23,604 bases of DNA from a virus (lineage: Duplodnaviria; Heunggongvirae; Uroviricota; Caudoviricetes): IMG/VR virus record IMGVR_UViG_2529292985_000014, positions 1 through 23,604 of that record. One strand, 5' to 3'. The notes beneath the pieces were generated by a model. That model searched no databases, had not been told where the DNA came from, and saw nothing but the letters and a program-made list of their open reading frames with translations. Position 1 is the first letter of the stretch. Each line of letters opens with the position of its first letter. Positions 1-8,985 of the stretch are shown here, piece after piece. Both the position numbers and the translations under genes were made by a program.

Positions 1-80
1 TTGCTGTTCCCGTCACCTTGCTAAATTAGTTTTCTAACATATTTTATTAGTTTGATGACGGTATCGGAAGATGCAATAAA

Positions 81-110
81 CAAAAAACCCGCTAACTGGC
101 GGGTTTTTAT
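81..110. terminator. Bidirectional rho-independent terminator closing the leftward accessory operon
   Basis: A-tract 81-87, stem AACCCGC (86-92) pairing with GCGGGTT (99-105), loop TAACTG, then T-tract 104-108. Reads as hairpin plus U-run on both strands. Lies just past the last minus-strand ORF (ends 115). Confidence 0.6.
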
Positions 111-114
111 GCAA

Positions 115-429
115 TTACTGTGTTGCAGCCTGATAAATAAGATACGAGATAAATACAGGTACGATGGCCCATTGCAGCAATGAAAGTAGCCTCATTACTG
201 TTATTGGGGTAACTCCATCCACGTATTGTTTCTCTGACATTTTCCCTAACCAACTAACCGACAACAGTGCCGAGTTTTCACCCAATTCCAGCTCTCTGAG
301 CGCTTCACGGATTAACGGCGCTGTCACAGCCTTAACCGGTGTGCTCAACGTGATACTCCGCGTCCTCCCCGCATCGTCAGCGAACGCCAGACTCACATAA
401 TATTTTTTGCTCAATGTACAAACTCCCAA
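115..429 (-). CDS. Hypothetical small protein with hydrophobic C-terminal segment; last gene of the accessory operon
   Basis: 104-aa ORF in the track. No ATG near the 5' end. A more likely start is TTG at 414-412, overlapping the upstream stop as TTGA (coupling). C-terminus LLSLLQWAIVPVFISYLIY looks like a membrane anchor. Terminator follows. Confidence 0.4.
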   Translation of the reverse strand: MGVCTLSKKYYVSLAFADDAGRTRSITLSTPVKAVTAPLIREALRELELGENSALLSVSWLGKMSEKQYVDGVTPITVMRLLSLLQWAIVPVFISYLIYQAATQ

Positions 430-611
430 TCATCAGCGCTTGCACTTTCCGGGGTTATGTGAACCTTATCGCCAGTAACAATATTGCGAGCTTCAAAACT
501 TCCATTGATACGTTTCGAGATCTCAATACATAGAGCCTGCTGCCATGAGCGACGACGAGCGATAGCATTAGTTCCTGCAGGGATAAGTTCTGCCACGTTA
601 AGTAAACGCAA
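411..611 (-). CDS. Hypothetical 66-aa protein
   Basis: ORF with TTG start and GGAG about 9 nt upstream. Sits 14 nt downstream of the VRR-NUC stop. No recognisable motif. Confidence 0.35.
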   Translation of the reverse strand: MRLLNVAELIPAGTNAIARRRSWQQALCIEISKRINGSFEARNIVTGDKVHITPESASADDWEFVH

Positions 612-625
612 AACGATTTCTCCGT

Positions 626-1120
626 TTAATCAAGACAAACATACTCCGTGATAGCTTTTATGGCTTCAGCGGCACTGCGCGCCTCAAAGCAGTAGTAACC
701 GGCTTCTGTGAGGCGCGTCATCCAGACGAGTTGTTCGGGAGTCAGGCGATTTCTCCCATGTTTCATCTCAATGCGCATTCCGTGGTATCCCCCACAAGCA
801 AGGTCTATAGAAAGATCGGGATATCCCTTCTTTTGGCCCTCTGCCACCATTTTTATTGCCGTCCTTATGCCTCGCAGGCCACCGTTTGGAGTGGCGTGAG
901 TATGCTCATACACATAACGCATATTGCGATACATCCAGTCCAGGACGCGAACCTGCTCGTAATGCTCATGGTTCCTTTTGATTAGATCTGGATTTTTCTC
1001 CAGTTCTCTAAGAGCTGCGGCATGTGGGGATGTTTCAGAATATTCACTGCGACGCCTTCTCTTTCGCGCTATTTTTCTAACACACCCATTGATAGTAAAT
1101 ATGCAAAATAATAACAACAA
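626..1120 (-). CDS. VRR-NUC domain (PD-(D/E)xK) nuclease with basic N-terminal extension
   Basis: Translation contains PNGG...GYPDLSIDL...GMRIEMK...RLTPEQLVWMTRLTEAGYY, matching the VRR-NUC pattern (G-x-PDL, E-x-K, LTPEQ..W) as I recall it. Only in-frame starts upstream of the domain are TTG 1120 or 1117, with no Shine-Dalgarno, so the start is uncertain. Confidence 0.55.
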   Translation of the reverse strand: MLLLFCIFTINGCVRKIARKRRRRSEYSETSPHAAALRELEKNPDLIKRNHEHYEQVRVLDWMYRNMRYVYEHTHATPNGGLRGIRTAIKMVAEGQKKGYPDLSIDLACGGYHGMRIEMKHGRNRLTPEQLVWMTRLTEAGYYCFEARSAAEAIKAITEYVCLD

Positions 1121-1144
1121 CGTTAGGTTTGTAGAATAAGAGAG

Positions 1145-1172
1145 ATACTACTCAAGGATCATCTATATGCAA
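1145..1172 (-). promoter_or_regulatory. Candidate sigma70-type promoter upstream of the VRR-NUC gene
   Basis: On the minus strand: TTGCAT, 16-bp spacer, TAGTAT, inside the 144-bp gap between the 84-aa ORF and the VRR-NUC ORF. A 8-bp-stem hairpin GGGTAAAT/ATTTACCC at 1221-1244 precedes it. Prediction by eye only. Confidence 0.2.
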
Positions 1173-1264
1173 CAGGTCGGATGTCCTTTTAAGGTAAAGC
1201 GTGACCTTAATCAACAAGGAGGGTAAATCGCATGGCATTTACCCAACCTGTTATTTTTAAAGGG

Positions 1265-1519
1265 TTATATTTTATCCTGTTCGGATAATTCTTTGATTGT
1301 CTTGTCGATTGCGATCAACCAACCTTCATAGGTTAAATCATCAACAAGTTCTACCAACTTATCATCGGTGTGAGGAAAGTATATCCAGCTCCAGTTCGCA
1401 GGGTTTTCTGCTTTTCGCAGCGTAAAAACCTTCTTGTATCGGTGGAACTCAAGGACATACCCCTTCGATATGGAATATCCCTTTAGGTCTTCGACCGTAA
1501 ACCTACGATTCTTTCGCAT
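1265..1519 (-). CDS. Hypothetical 84-aa protein (occupies the position I recall for P1 lxc)
   Basis: ATG start 2 nt after the stop of the upstream 144-aa ORF (TAG-CC-ATG), suggesting coupling. No motif recognised. Confidence 0.4.
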   Translation of the reverse strand: MRKNRRFTVEDLKGYSISKGYVLEFHRYKKVFTLRKAENPANWSWIYFPHTDDKLVELVDDLTYEGWLIAIDKTIKELSEQDKI

Positions 1520-1521
1520 GG

Positions 1522-1956
1522 CTACCCCATGATTCGATATTTCTCTACAGACTCGTCGTAACTTGTGTACACGTATGGCTCTGTATCATCGGCATAAGGT
1601 GCGACTTCCAGAGCATGAACAGGATTGTATACCGCGTCATTTTCCAGGCGATCGCTCGAATACAGATGCCCAGCCAAAACCGTAAGCGCCGGGCGACTCA
1701 TTTTGTAGATCTCTGCCACATCGCTATCTACAACTTGTCCAAATGATATGTCGCCGCGCTCCAGCAATAACGTTTTAAGCGCAGGCCACCACGGCCCATA
1801 AAGGTGATAAAGCTGTGGATCTCGTTTCAGCCTTTCCACCATGCCATTCAGATATGCATCCAGAAATGCCTCTTCACTCCTGCCATTGAGCGCCTGCGGC
1901 AAAATGTCCTCAAGGTAGGATTCCGTTGGTTTTACTGTGTCGATCAATGTTGTCAT
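1522..1956 (-). CDS. Hypothetical 144-aa acidic protein immediately downstream of darB (position I recall for P1 ulx)
   Basis: ATG start. Its AGAGG Shine-Dalgarno lies inside a hairpin CGGCCTC-TTTC-GAGGCCG (about 1963-1980) that sits between the darB stop and this start. Acidic, aromatic-rich sequence with no known motif. Confidence 0.45.
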   Translation of the reverse strand: MTTLIDTVKPTESYLEDILPQALNGRSEEAFLDAYLNGMVERLKRDPQLYHLYGPWWPALKTLLLERGDISFGQVVDSDVAEIYKMSRPALTVLAGHLYSSDRLENDAVYNPVHALEVAPYADDTEPYVYTSYDESVEKYRIMG

Positions 1957-1992
1957 TTTAATTCGGCCTCTTTCGAGGCCGCTCCATATCTG

Positions 1993-4900
1993 TTAAGCCG
2001 CCGCTTCAATGATTTTACGCACTTCATCAATTGAATAGCGCGTCGATACCATCCAGGCCGGACGGTCAAAGTCCACATCGGCAACCGGGTTAACTTCGAA
2101 GTTCCAGAAACGCCCACCGATTTTCTTGATGGCATCTTTTGCGTTGCGAATAGATGAAGATCCGGGCATATCTGCAATGAGATAAACAGCACCAGCGTCT
2201 TCACTTACGCTCCACCAGCGACCGCGGACACGTGCTTTGGCGCGAATAGGCTTATCGTTTACCACGATAATGTAATCATCATTTGCTGCCTCGTCAGCCT
2301 TATTCTCAGCAGCATCAGCCTGTTCTTCCCGTTCAGTCTTAGCCGCCGCAAGACGTTCAGCAATCTCTGACTCCGTAGCGCCACTATTTTTAAGCGACAC
2401 AAAGTCATCCCACGTTGCAGATTTCAGAGCATCAGGCAACTCTTCCACATACCCGCCCGCTTTTAAGGCGTTAGCATGGCGTATAGCCATCCCGACAAGA
2501 CGATTCAAGCTATCTGCATCTGCGAAATCATCACGGGTAATGCTTTTATCCTCAAATGCATGAATTAACGCCCCCGCTTTAATCCAGACTGTTGCAGATG
2601 TTTCAAGCGGATTATCGGCATTAGAAATGCTTAGTTGCGCACTGTAAACTGACTGATCTGCCAACGAGGCAAGTGACGCCCAACCATCTGCATCACTTTG
2701 CATTTTGTACTGATCAAACAGCGCATCACGCCATGCATTTAGCGCCATGCGTGTTTTCTCAATTTTGGTTGTGATTTTGGACGTTCGCAGTTGTTCGAAC
2801 ATCTGCGAAATCTCCGAACCATTGGTGAAGGCTTTCATGCGCCCCTGGAAATCGCGGAAAGAAAGCACGCCTCGCCAGTACGTTTCCAGGCCTTCTCCAT
2901 TTGGCTTGCGGAACAAGCTGCGGACATCTTCCTGAGTCACTTTTTCAAGTGAACGCCCGGAGAGATCGCGCCCTGCCATCCAGCCATCGAACGCCTTGAC
3001 CACATCATCCATAGTGGCCTGAGCGCCCCATGCCTCCATACCTTGCTCATAATCGAAGCCAAACAATGCACGGAGAAAACCTTCTGCCTCTGAAATACGA
3101 AGTGGGTTATCACCTGTCTGGATTTTCGCGACTTCGCGTTTTAATGCTTCGTCGTTTACATCAGGATAAATCCATTGTTCAGGTGCTATCTCGTCACTTC
3201 CAGATGCGCTAATTTTTTGACCAATCATCCCGCCATAGGTAAAGGCCATTTGAATCTGACCATTGGCGTTACGATAAGCCCAATAGTTTACATCCGGTGC
3301 TCCTTGCCAACCGCCACGATCTCTCCCAGTTACCCGCATAACACCGCTACGAATAGCGTCATAGAATTGATCGCGAGAAAGAGAGGTTGAAAGCTGGTGG
3401 CTTTGAACACCACGTGCCGCTATTTCTCGTGATTCAGCCACCCCCTCTTCAAATGTTACCGCTTCAACCACTGAGTCAAACGGTAATGTCATGGTTGAGC
3501 CAGGAGAACGAGAGTGGCGACTTGCTCTATCCAGCCAGGCGACGCGGCAGGTGTATTGCGCTTTTTCGCCCTCAATTTGTGTCACGCGTACAATCGCCGT
3601 TGTCTCGTATTCAGCATCAATGACTGCACGGTAGTAACTACCTTTATGCAACAGGATGTTCTTGCCAGTGCGCATATACTCCTGCGGGTTCTGAATAACA
3701 TCGATACTGATATCCAGCACACCAGACTTAATAGCACGCTCCACATCACCACGAGAGCGTTTCATAACAGTATCCGCGTCCTTCGCCCTGGTGATTGCAA
3801 ATCGCAATTCACGCACTCTTTTTTTAGCTTTGCTTAGTGCTGAAAGCGTATATTTCTGTCCGTTTTTGTTGGTGCCGCTCTTAATCAGTCCATCCAGATC
3901 ACTCTGGTATCGTTGCGCCTGCTCCATCGCGCTTTTCAGTTCTGCCTCCATCATGCCGATATCCTTCCCGGCAGCATTCGCCGCTTTCAGGTAGTTATCG
4001 AGAGCATTATTGGCTTCGCGTTGCGCTTTAAGTCGCAGGCGTTCCTCACGTTCTTTCGACTGACGAGCCATAATTGCGCGTCGTTCTTCCGGATTTGCCG
4101 CCAGCATAATGGCGCGCTCATCAGCGTCATCCGCATCACCATTGGCGATCTCTGACATATCGGAGGTCATCACCATCTTGATCCAGTCTTTCTTACGTTT
4201 AAGCGTATCCAGACGGAAGTCATCGAATGTGCCTTTGCCACAATAATAGTGAACATTAACCTTCTCTTGCGGAGAACCTACGCGCGCACCGCGCCCATTT
4301 CGTTGGTCGATACTGGCAGGAGTCCAGGGTAGTGTCAGGTGGTGAATATCGGTCGTTCCAATATGCAGGTTGATACCTACTTCGGCTTTCTTGTTACAGA
4401 TAATGATTTGCGTGCGCCCTTCGTTATAGTCGGCAGCAATACCTTCCATCCCCTCAAGGCCAGCATCATTTTTAGCAGAGAGATAATCCTCATATTGGGC
4501 CAGTTTACTGTAGTAGGTTTCCCATGCGCCTTCTTTGTATTCACCGTCTTTGTTTGGCGTCGGTTCGGTCGGTTTTTTGACCTTTTTCAGCTTAACACCA
4601 CCAGCCTGGCTAACAGTCGTAGCATTGATAATGCCTATCTCCTGCTCTGGCATTTGCAACGCACTGGCAATGATGCGACGTAGTTTCTGGTGCTGGGCTT
4701 TCTCGTCGATAAAGATAATTTGCTTACCGTTCTTAAGCCCTTCACGAAGGTTCTCGATAAGTGCGGCATACTTAGGCGGGATCGGGTGTGACACCTGTTT
4801 CATGTCGATGCCTGCATCAGCAATTGCCTTGAGTATTTCAGCCTCCAGGTCAATGCTGGCACGCAATTCGACGTGATTTGGATGCTCACTAAATGTTGTA

Positions 4901-7900
4901 GCTACAACCTTGCTGGTACGGGTACTGACCAGGCCTCCGATCGCATCCTCCTCTGCTTCTTCTGCATCGTCTGCCGCTTTCCCACCAGCCACTTTTGGTA
5001 GGTTATTAGCTATAGACTTCACCTGTTCAGTAAGTTCTACAGGGAACTGGAATGTGATAGCGCTGGCGTAAAGATCCGGGTCGATAGCGACCTTATCCAT
5101 GTCGCGAATGATAGAGAAAATGAAATCATCCGGTTTCCCGCGAGTGATATTGCCTTCATCATCGACAGTGACGTCATCACCACGACTTAACTCCTGCGCG
5201 CGTTTACGAAGCTCTTCATAAGCTGCTTGCTGCTCTGGAGTCATTGGGATCTGCAAGGTGTTTTCGACGATATCCGGGATTTTTACCGTTGCACCAACAT
5301 CGGAAGCCGTTTTAAGCGTTGTCCAGCGGTGGAAAATGCCACGCAGACCATCAAGGTTCTGGAAGCCCACCAGCCCCTGTTTCTCTTCCACTTCGCCAGA
5401 AATTTTCTGGACCTGAACAGTGGCTGTTTTACCGAACACTCGCACAAAGTCGTCAGGGGTAATAATCCCCATGTGCATCCACTCGTGCTGAGGGATCACC
5501 GTTGACAGCATGTTGAAGGCGTCAATAGGGCTATTAACCAGCGGAGTTGCTGTCAGCATTACGACGCCGCGCCCATTGTGACGTTTCATCATGTACGCAG
5601 CTTTTACAGCCATGTCACGGGCCATTTTGGATACCGCCGGATTAGGTAAATATGCCAGTTGCCCCGCTTCACGCCCGGCACCAAAGGAGTTGCGGTAGTT
5701 ATGCCCTTCGTCGGCAATTACGCTATCGAAGTTCATATCCTCAAAGTACGGGATATTCTGCTTCTTCGCTGTACCGGTATTCGCGGCCTGGTCCTTAATC
5801 TTGTTCTTCTTCTGCGCATCACGGTGCTTGCCTGACGCCAGGTCAAGACGCCCCATTTCGGCGGCATTAAAGACAGCCTGCTGTGAGTTTTCTCCGATGG
5901 TTTCATCGCGCAACGGGATAGATGCGAACTGCTCTTTTGTCATGATGACCGTTCGCCAGTTCGACGATGGGATCATGTTCATGCGTTGAGCGATAACGGC
6001 ACTGGCGGATTCTTTAACAACATTACGGGTGATCGGATTGCCGTCGTTATCAAGTCGCGGGGTGCCGTCCTGGTCGAGCACTGGGGCAGTCTGAATATTT
6101 CCGTCACCATCGCGCACTTCGTCCAGACCGATAAACATCATATTGGCGAAGGCATCTGCACTGTAGAAGCTCTGTGCCTCGTGATACCAGTTCTGGTATA
6201 CGGCCTTTGGAACAACGATACAGGTACGTTTGGTTCGCCCGGTTTCAAAGTTATAGGCTTCCAGTGCCAGCGCGGTCGTCGTTTTACCCAAACCAGTTCC
6301 GAATCCCATAATCCCGCGCCCATCTTCCGACAGACGACGAACTTCTTCGTTCTGGTAAGAAAGCGGTATACGTTTCCCGCTGATGCCTTCAAGCCCCAGG
6401 GGTGCGTCTGAATGGGTAAATGGAATATAACCGTTAAAGGCGTCGTTATAATCGCGGGCGATCTGGTCTGCCTGCGGGTGAGTTCTTAACCAGTCGTTAA
6501 AACTCGTCTCAAGCTGGGCGATTTTGTCCAGGTACTCGTTAGCGTTCTGTCCGCGCGGTTTAACACCGTTCAGGTAGTTCTCAAGCTGATTCAGGAAGCC
6601 ATCTTTGTTATTCGCTTTCTTGAACTCGTTCCCGTTTTTGCCGTTTACGGTTCGTAGCTGGTAGCCAGTAAATACCCCGTCCTTACCTTCGTAATCGTCC
6701 GGGGATACCAGAATGCCGTTCTCAACCTTAAGGTCGGGTTCTGTATACTTAAACTCGTCATAGCCCTGCTCTGCCAGGAACTCTTTTATCAGGCGGCGAT
6801 CCAACCACCGTGCGTTAAGGTTTACCGTGACTTTGTTCAGCGGTGTAAACGTGCGTTTCTCTTCGATTTTTGAAAGCTGGCGCTCAAAGTTGGCCTTCCG
6901 CTCTCCTGTGGACGCGTCTCGCCAGCCCACCAGCAGTGCCACTTTTGATTTAATATCACCGCTAGTGGCACGGCCCATCGGTAGCAGGCAACCATATCCA
7001 TCAATAGCGATATCGTCGAATTTCGCCAGGTATTCCTGTGCTTGATCGTCGTCTTCTGGCAGTTCGCCTTTAAACGCCTCGCGGAAGTCATCAAGATTGA
7101 TAGGATTAAGGGCAACATCGCTGAAAAGGTGTGTCACAACCTGTTCCGGACGAGTGAAATCAATACCAGCAGCCCCTTTGCTAACATCAAGCCGTCCGGA
7201 CAGCAGATCGGATGCTTCACCGTCCTGATTGACGTTCCCGGTGAATGTCAGCCAGTTCTTCGCGCCCGCTTCGGTAATGTCGTTTAGCTTAATGGCGTGT
7301 GGTGGGCCATATTTAGCAACTTCGGCAGCCGTCAGACGTGCGGCATCAGCCAGTTCATCATCGACGTTTTCACCAAGGTTACGCTTATCCAGCGCTTTAT
7401 TGATAAGTTGCCCGATCAGCGCACCGCGCATAATGCGCTCACGGTCTTTTTCGCGTTGTTTCCCAGCAAAGCGAATCATTGCCGCTACTTCATCACTGAT
7501 AACCGATGGATAGTCGGAAGCGATCGCGGATATCTGCCCCCATGACAGAGCCAGAATGCCGTTTGTTGATTGGAACGTTGTTTGCAGATCACCGAATGTC
7601 GAAACACCATATCGGCTTACATCAAGTACGGAGGATTTGGTTGTCGCATCTTTAACCCATTGCAGGCCATCAAACTCGTGCCAGATGCCACCTACAAGGC
7701 GCTTGTCTCCTACTTTGGCGCCCTGCCATGCCTGAGTAGTTACGCCAAGCAAATCCCAATTAATGCGGCTTTCAAAGCGGCGCGATAGAGCGGTTTTCAT
7801 CGACTCATTGGATACACGACCGTCCTTTTTCACCACCAGAGTATTGCGGAAGCTGGTACGTTCCATGTCGCCGTAAACAAATCGCTTCCCTTCGGTTGTA

Positions 7901-8910
7901 AACCATTTTCCTTTGAGGAAGGTATCCCAAAGGACGTTTGCCGATTTGAGTGTTGAATCATCCGTGTCGGGGATCATCTCCAGGAAGGTTTCCGGGTGTT
8001 TACGCAATACCCATACGTCCACCACGGTATCTGTACCGGATTCGCTGAACGTACCGGAAGGCATACGATGTGCGCCCAAAAATTCCGCTTTACGGCTGAC
8101 TTTATCGCGCAATTTTTTATATTTCGTACCATCGGTCATGCCATTCGGCACCACCAATACGATAAGCCCACCAGGCTTAACCTTGTCGATCGTGCGCAGC
8201 ACAAAGTAATTGCCAACGTTCTTCTCGTTTGCATATGCCGGATCAAGCCCGGCGACACCGGAACGCCCTTCACCAAACGGTACGTTACCAACAGCGTGAT
8301 CATACATTGCGTCTTTCGCCGCCAGCGCCTCAAACGCCCCGATATTCACATCGTCTTCCGGGTGCAAAAGCTGGTTTATTCGACCGGAAATCGGAGACAG
8401 TTCGGCGCTGGTCATTATCATGCCCTGTCGTTTTGTCTCCTGGAAAATACCTGTGCCCGCTGATGGTTCCAGTACGTGCCCGCCATCAATACCGTAGTCA
8501 GCAAACAGATCCCATATACCTTCAGCCATAAACTGTGGCGTGTAGTATTCGTATTGGCTGCCCTCACCATCTGTCAGGCCGCCTTCACCGGTATACCCGG
8601 CAAGAATCTGACGCTGTTCGTCAGTTAATTTCGCCCCATCGAAGCCGGGCGGAAGGGAATTAAGAAGCTCTACTGCGGCGTTGTTTGCTGCCCGCCGTGT
8701 TTTTTGAATGCTGACACCATCGACTTTCTTAACGCCAAAGGTCGCAACAGCACGTAATTTATGCAACCGACTAACAATTTCAATCAGTTCGCCTAAGCTG
8801 GAGGCTTCACTGATTGAATGAAGTAGTTTATCCAAAGGATTACCCCCTCTAAACCGTAAAAAATCCGCTATGCGGTACGGTTGAGAGGGTATGGAGAATG
8901 TTATTTTCAC
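1993..8910 (-). CDS. darB: DarB-like giant protein: N6-adenine DNA methyltransferase domain plus SF2 helicase core plus long C-terminal region
   Basis: 2305-aa uninterrupted ORF. MTase motif I VLEPSAGTGIF and motif IV GNVPFG (NPPF-type), roughly nt 7900-8560. Helicase Walker A GFGTGLGKTTT (about nt 6270), motif II VIADEGH (about nt 5710), motif III LTATP, motif VI QRNGRGARVG (about nt 4290). The track start is GTG 8910 with no SD. TTG at 8835-8833 is preceded by AGAGGGGG at 7 nt and may be the real start. Confidence 0.8.
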   Translation of the reverse strand: MKITFSIPSQPYRIADFLRFRGGNPLDKLLHSISEASSLGELIEIVSRLHKLRAVATFGVKKVDGVSIQKTRRAANNAAVELLNSLPPGFDGAKLTDEQRQILAGYTGEGGLTDGEGSQYEYYTPQFMAEGIWDLFADYGIDGGHVLEPSAGTGIFQETKRQGMIMTSAELSPISGRINQLLHPEDDVNIGAFEALAAKDAMYDHAVGNVPFGEGRSGVAGLDPAYANEKNVGNYFVLRTIDKVKPGGLIVLVVPNGMTDGTKYKKLRDKVSRKAEFLGAHRMPSGTFSESGTDTVVDVWVLRKHPETFLEMIPDTDDSTLKSANVLWDTFLKGKWFTTEGKRFVYGDMERTSFRNTLVVKKDGRVSNESMKTALSRRFESRINWDLLGVTTQAWQGAKVGDKRLVGGIWHEFDGLQWVKDATTKSSVLDVSRYGVSTFGDLQTTFQSTNGILALSWGQISAIASDYPSVISDEVAAMIRFAGKQREKDRERIMRGALIGQLINKALDKRNLGENVDDELADAARLTAAEVAKYGPPHAIKLNDITEAGAKNWLTFTGNVNQDGEASDLLSGRLDVSKGAAGIDFTRPEQVVTHLFSDVALNPINLDDFREAFKGELPEDDDQAQEYLAKFDDIAIDGYGCLLPMGRATSGDIKSKVALLVGWRDASTGERKANFERQLSKIEEKRTFTPLNKVTVNLNARWLDRRLIKEFLAEQGYDEFKYTEPDLKVENGILVSPDDYEGKDGVFTGYQLRTVNGKNGNEFKKANNKDGFLNQLENYLNGVKPRGQNANEYLDKIAQLETSFNDWLRTHPQADQIARDYNDAFNGYIPFTHSDAPLGLEGISGKRIPLSYQNEEVRRLSEDGRGIMGFGTGLGKTTTALALEAYNFETGRTKRTCIVVPKAVYQNWYHEAQSFYSADAFANMMFIGLDEVRDGDGNIQTAPVLDQDGTPRLDNDGNPITRNVVKESASAVIAQRMNMIPSSNWRTVIMTKEQFASIPLRDETIGENSQQAVFNAAEMGRLDLASGKHRDAQKKNKIKDQAANTGTAKKQNIPYFEDMNFDSVIADEGHNYRNSFGAGREAGQLAYLPNPAVSKMARDMAVKAAYMMKRHNGRGVVMLTATPLVNSPIDAFNMLSTVIPQHEWMHMGIITPDDFVRVFGKTATVQVQKISGEVEEKQGLVGFQNLDGLRGIFHRWTTLKTASDVGATVKIPDIVENTLQIPMTPEQQAAYEELRKRAQELSRGDDVTVDDEGNITRGKPDDFIFSIIRDMDKVAIDPDLYASAITFQFPVELTEQVKSIANNLPKVAGGKAADDAEEAEEDAIGGLVSTRTSKVVATTFSEHPNHVELRASIDLEAEILKAIADAGIDMKQVSHPIPPKYAALIENLREGLKNGKQIIFIDEKAQHQKLRRIIASALQMPEQEIGIINATTVSQAGGVKLKKVKKPTEPTPNKDGEYKEGAWETYYSKLAQYEDYLSAKNDAGLEGMEGIAADYNEGRTQIIICNKKAEVGINLHIGTTDIHHLTLPWTPASIDQRNGRGARVGSPQEKVNVHYYCGKGTFDDFRLDTLKRKKDWIKMVMTSDMSEIANGDADDADERAIMLAANPEERRAIMARQSKEREERLRLKAQREANNALDNYLKAANAAGKDIGMMEAELKSAMEQAQRYQSDLDGLIKSGTNKNGQKYTLSALSKAKKRVRELRFAITRAKDADTVMKRSRGDVERAIKSGVLDISIDVIQNPQEYMRTGKNILLHKGSYYRAVIDAEYETTAIVRVTQIEGEKAQYTCRVAWLDRASRHSRSPGSTMTLPFDSVVEAVTFEEGVAESREIAARGVQSHQLSTSLSRDQFYDAIRSGVMRVTGRDRGGWQGAPDVNYWAYRNANGQIQMAFTYGGMIGQKISASGSDEIAPEQWIYPDVNDEALKREVAKIQTGDNPLRISEAEGFLRALFGFDYEQGMEAWGAQATMDDVVKAFDGWMAGRDLSGRSLEKVTQEDVRSLFRKPNGEGLETYWRGVLSFRDFQGRMKAFTNGSEISQMFEQLRTSKITTKIEKTRMALNAWRDALFDQYKMQSDADGWASLASLADQSVYSAQLSISNADNPLETSATVWIKAGALIHAFEDKSITRDDFADADSLNRLVGMAIRHANALKAGGYVEELPDALKSATWDDFVSLKNSGATESEIAERLAAAKTEREEQADAAENKADEAANDDYIIVVNDKPIRAKARVRGRWWSVSEDAGAVYLIADMPGSSSIRNAKDAIKKIGGRFWNFEVNPVADVDFDRPAWMVSTRYSIDEVRKIIEAAA

Positions 8911-8985
8911 GGGGACGATACTACCGTCAAAATCACATACCCCCCATAGTTTGCCTGCTTATTAACCAATGACCGGAAAAAAAAT

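Noticed and set aside
1953-2204. 83-aa minus-strand ORF overlapping the 3' end of darB
   Set aside because: Lies wholly inside the far longer darB frame in another frame. No independent start signal. Treated as an overlap artefact.
2747-8531. Many plus-strand ORFs of 60-155 aa antisense to darB (for example 5986-6411 and 7996-8463)
   Set aside because: All are embedded antisense in a 6.9-kb ORF with clear MTase and helicase motifs. None has a recognisable motif. Typical spurious antisense frames.
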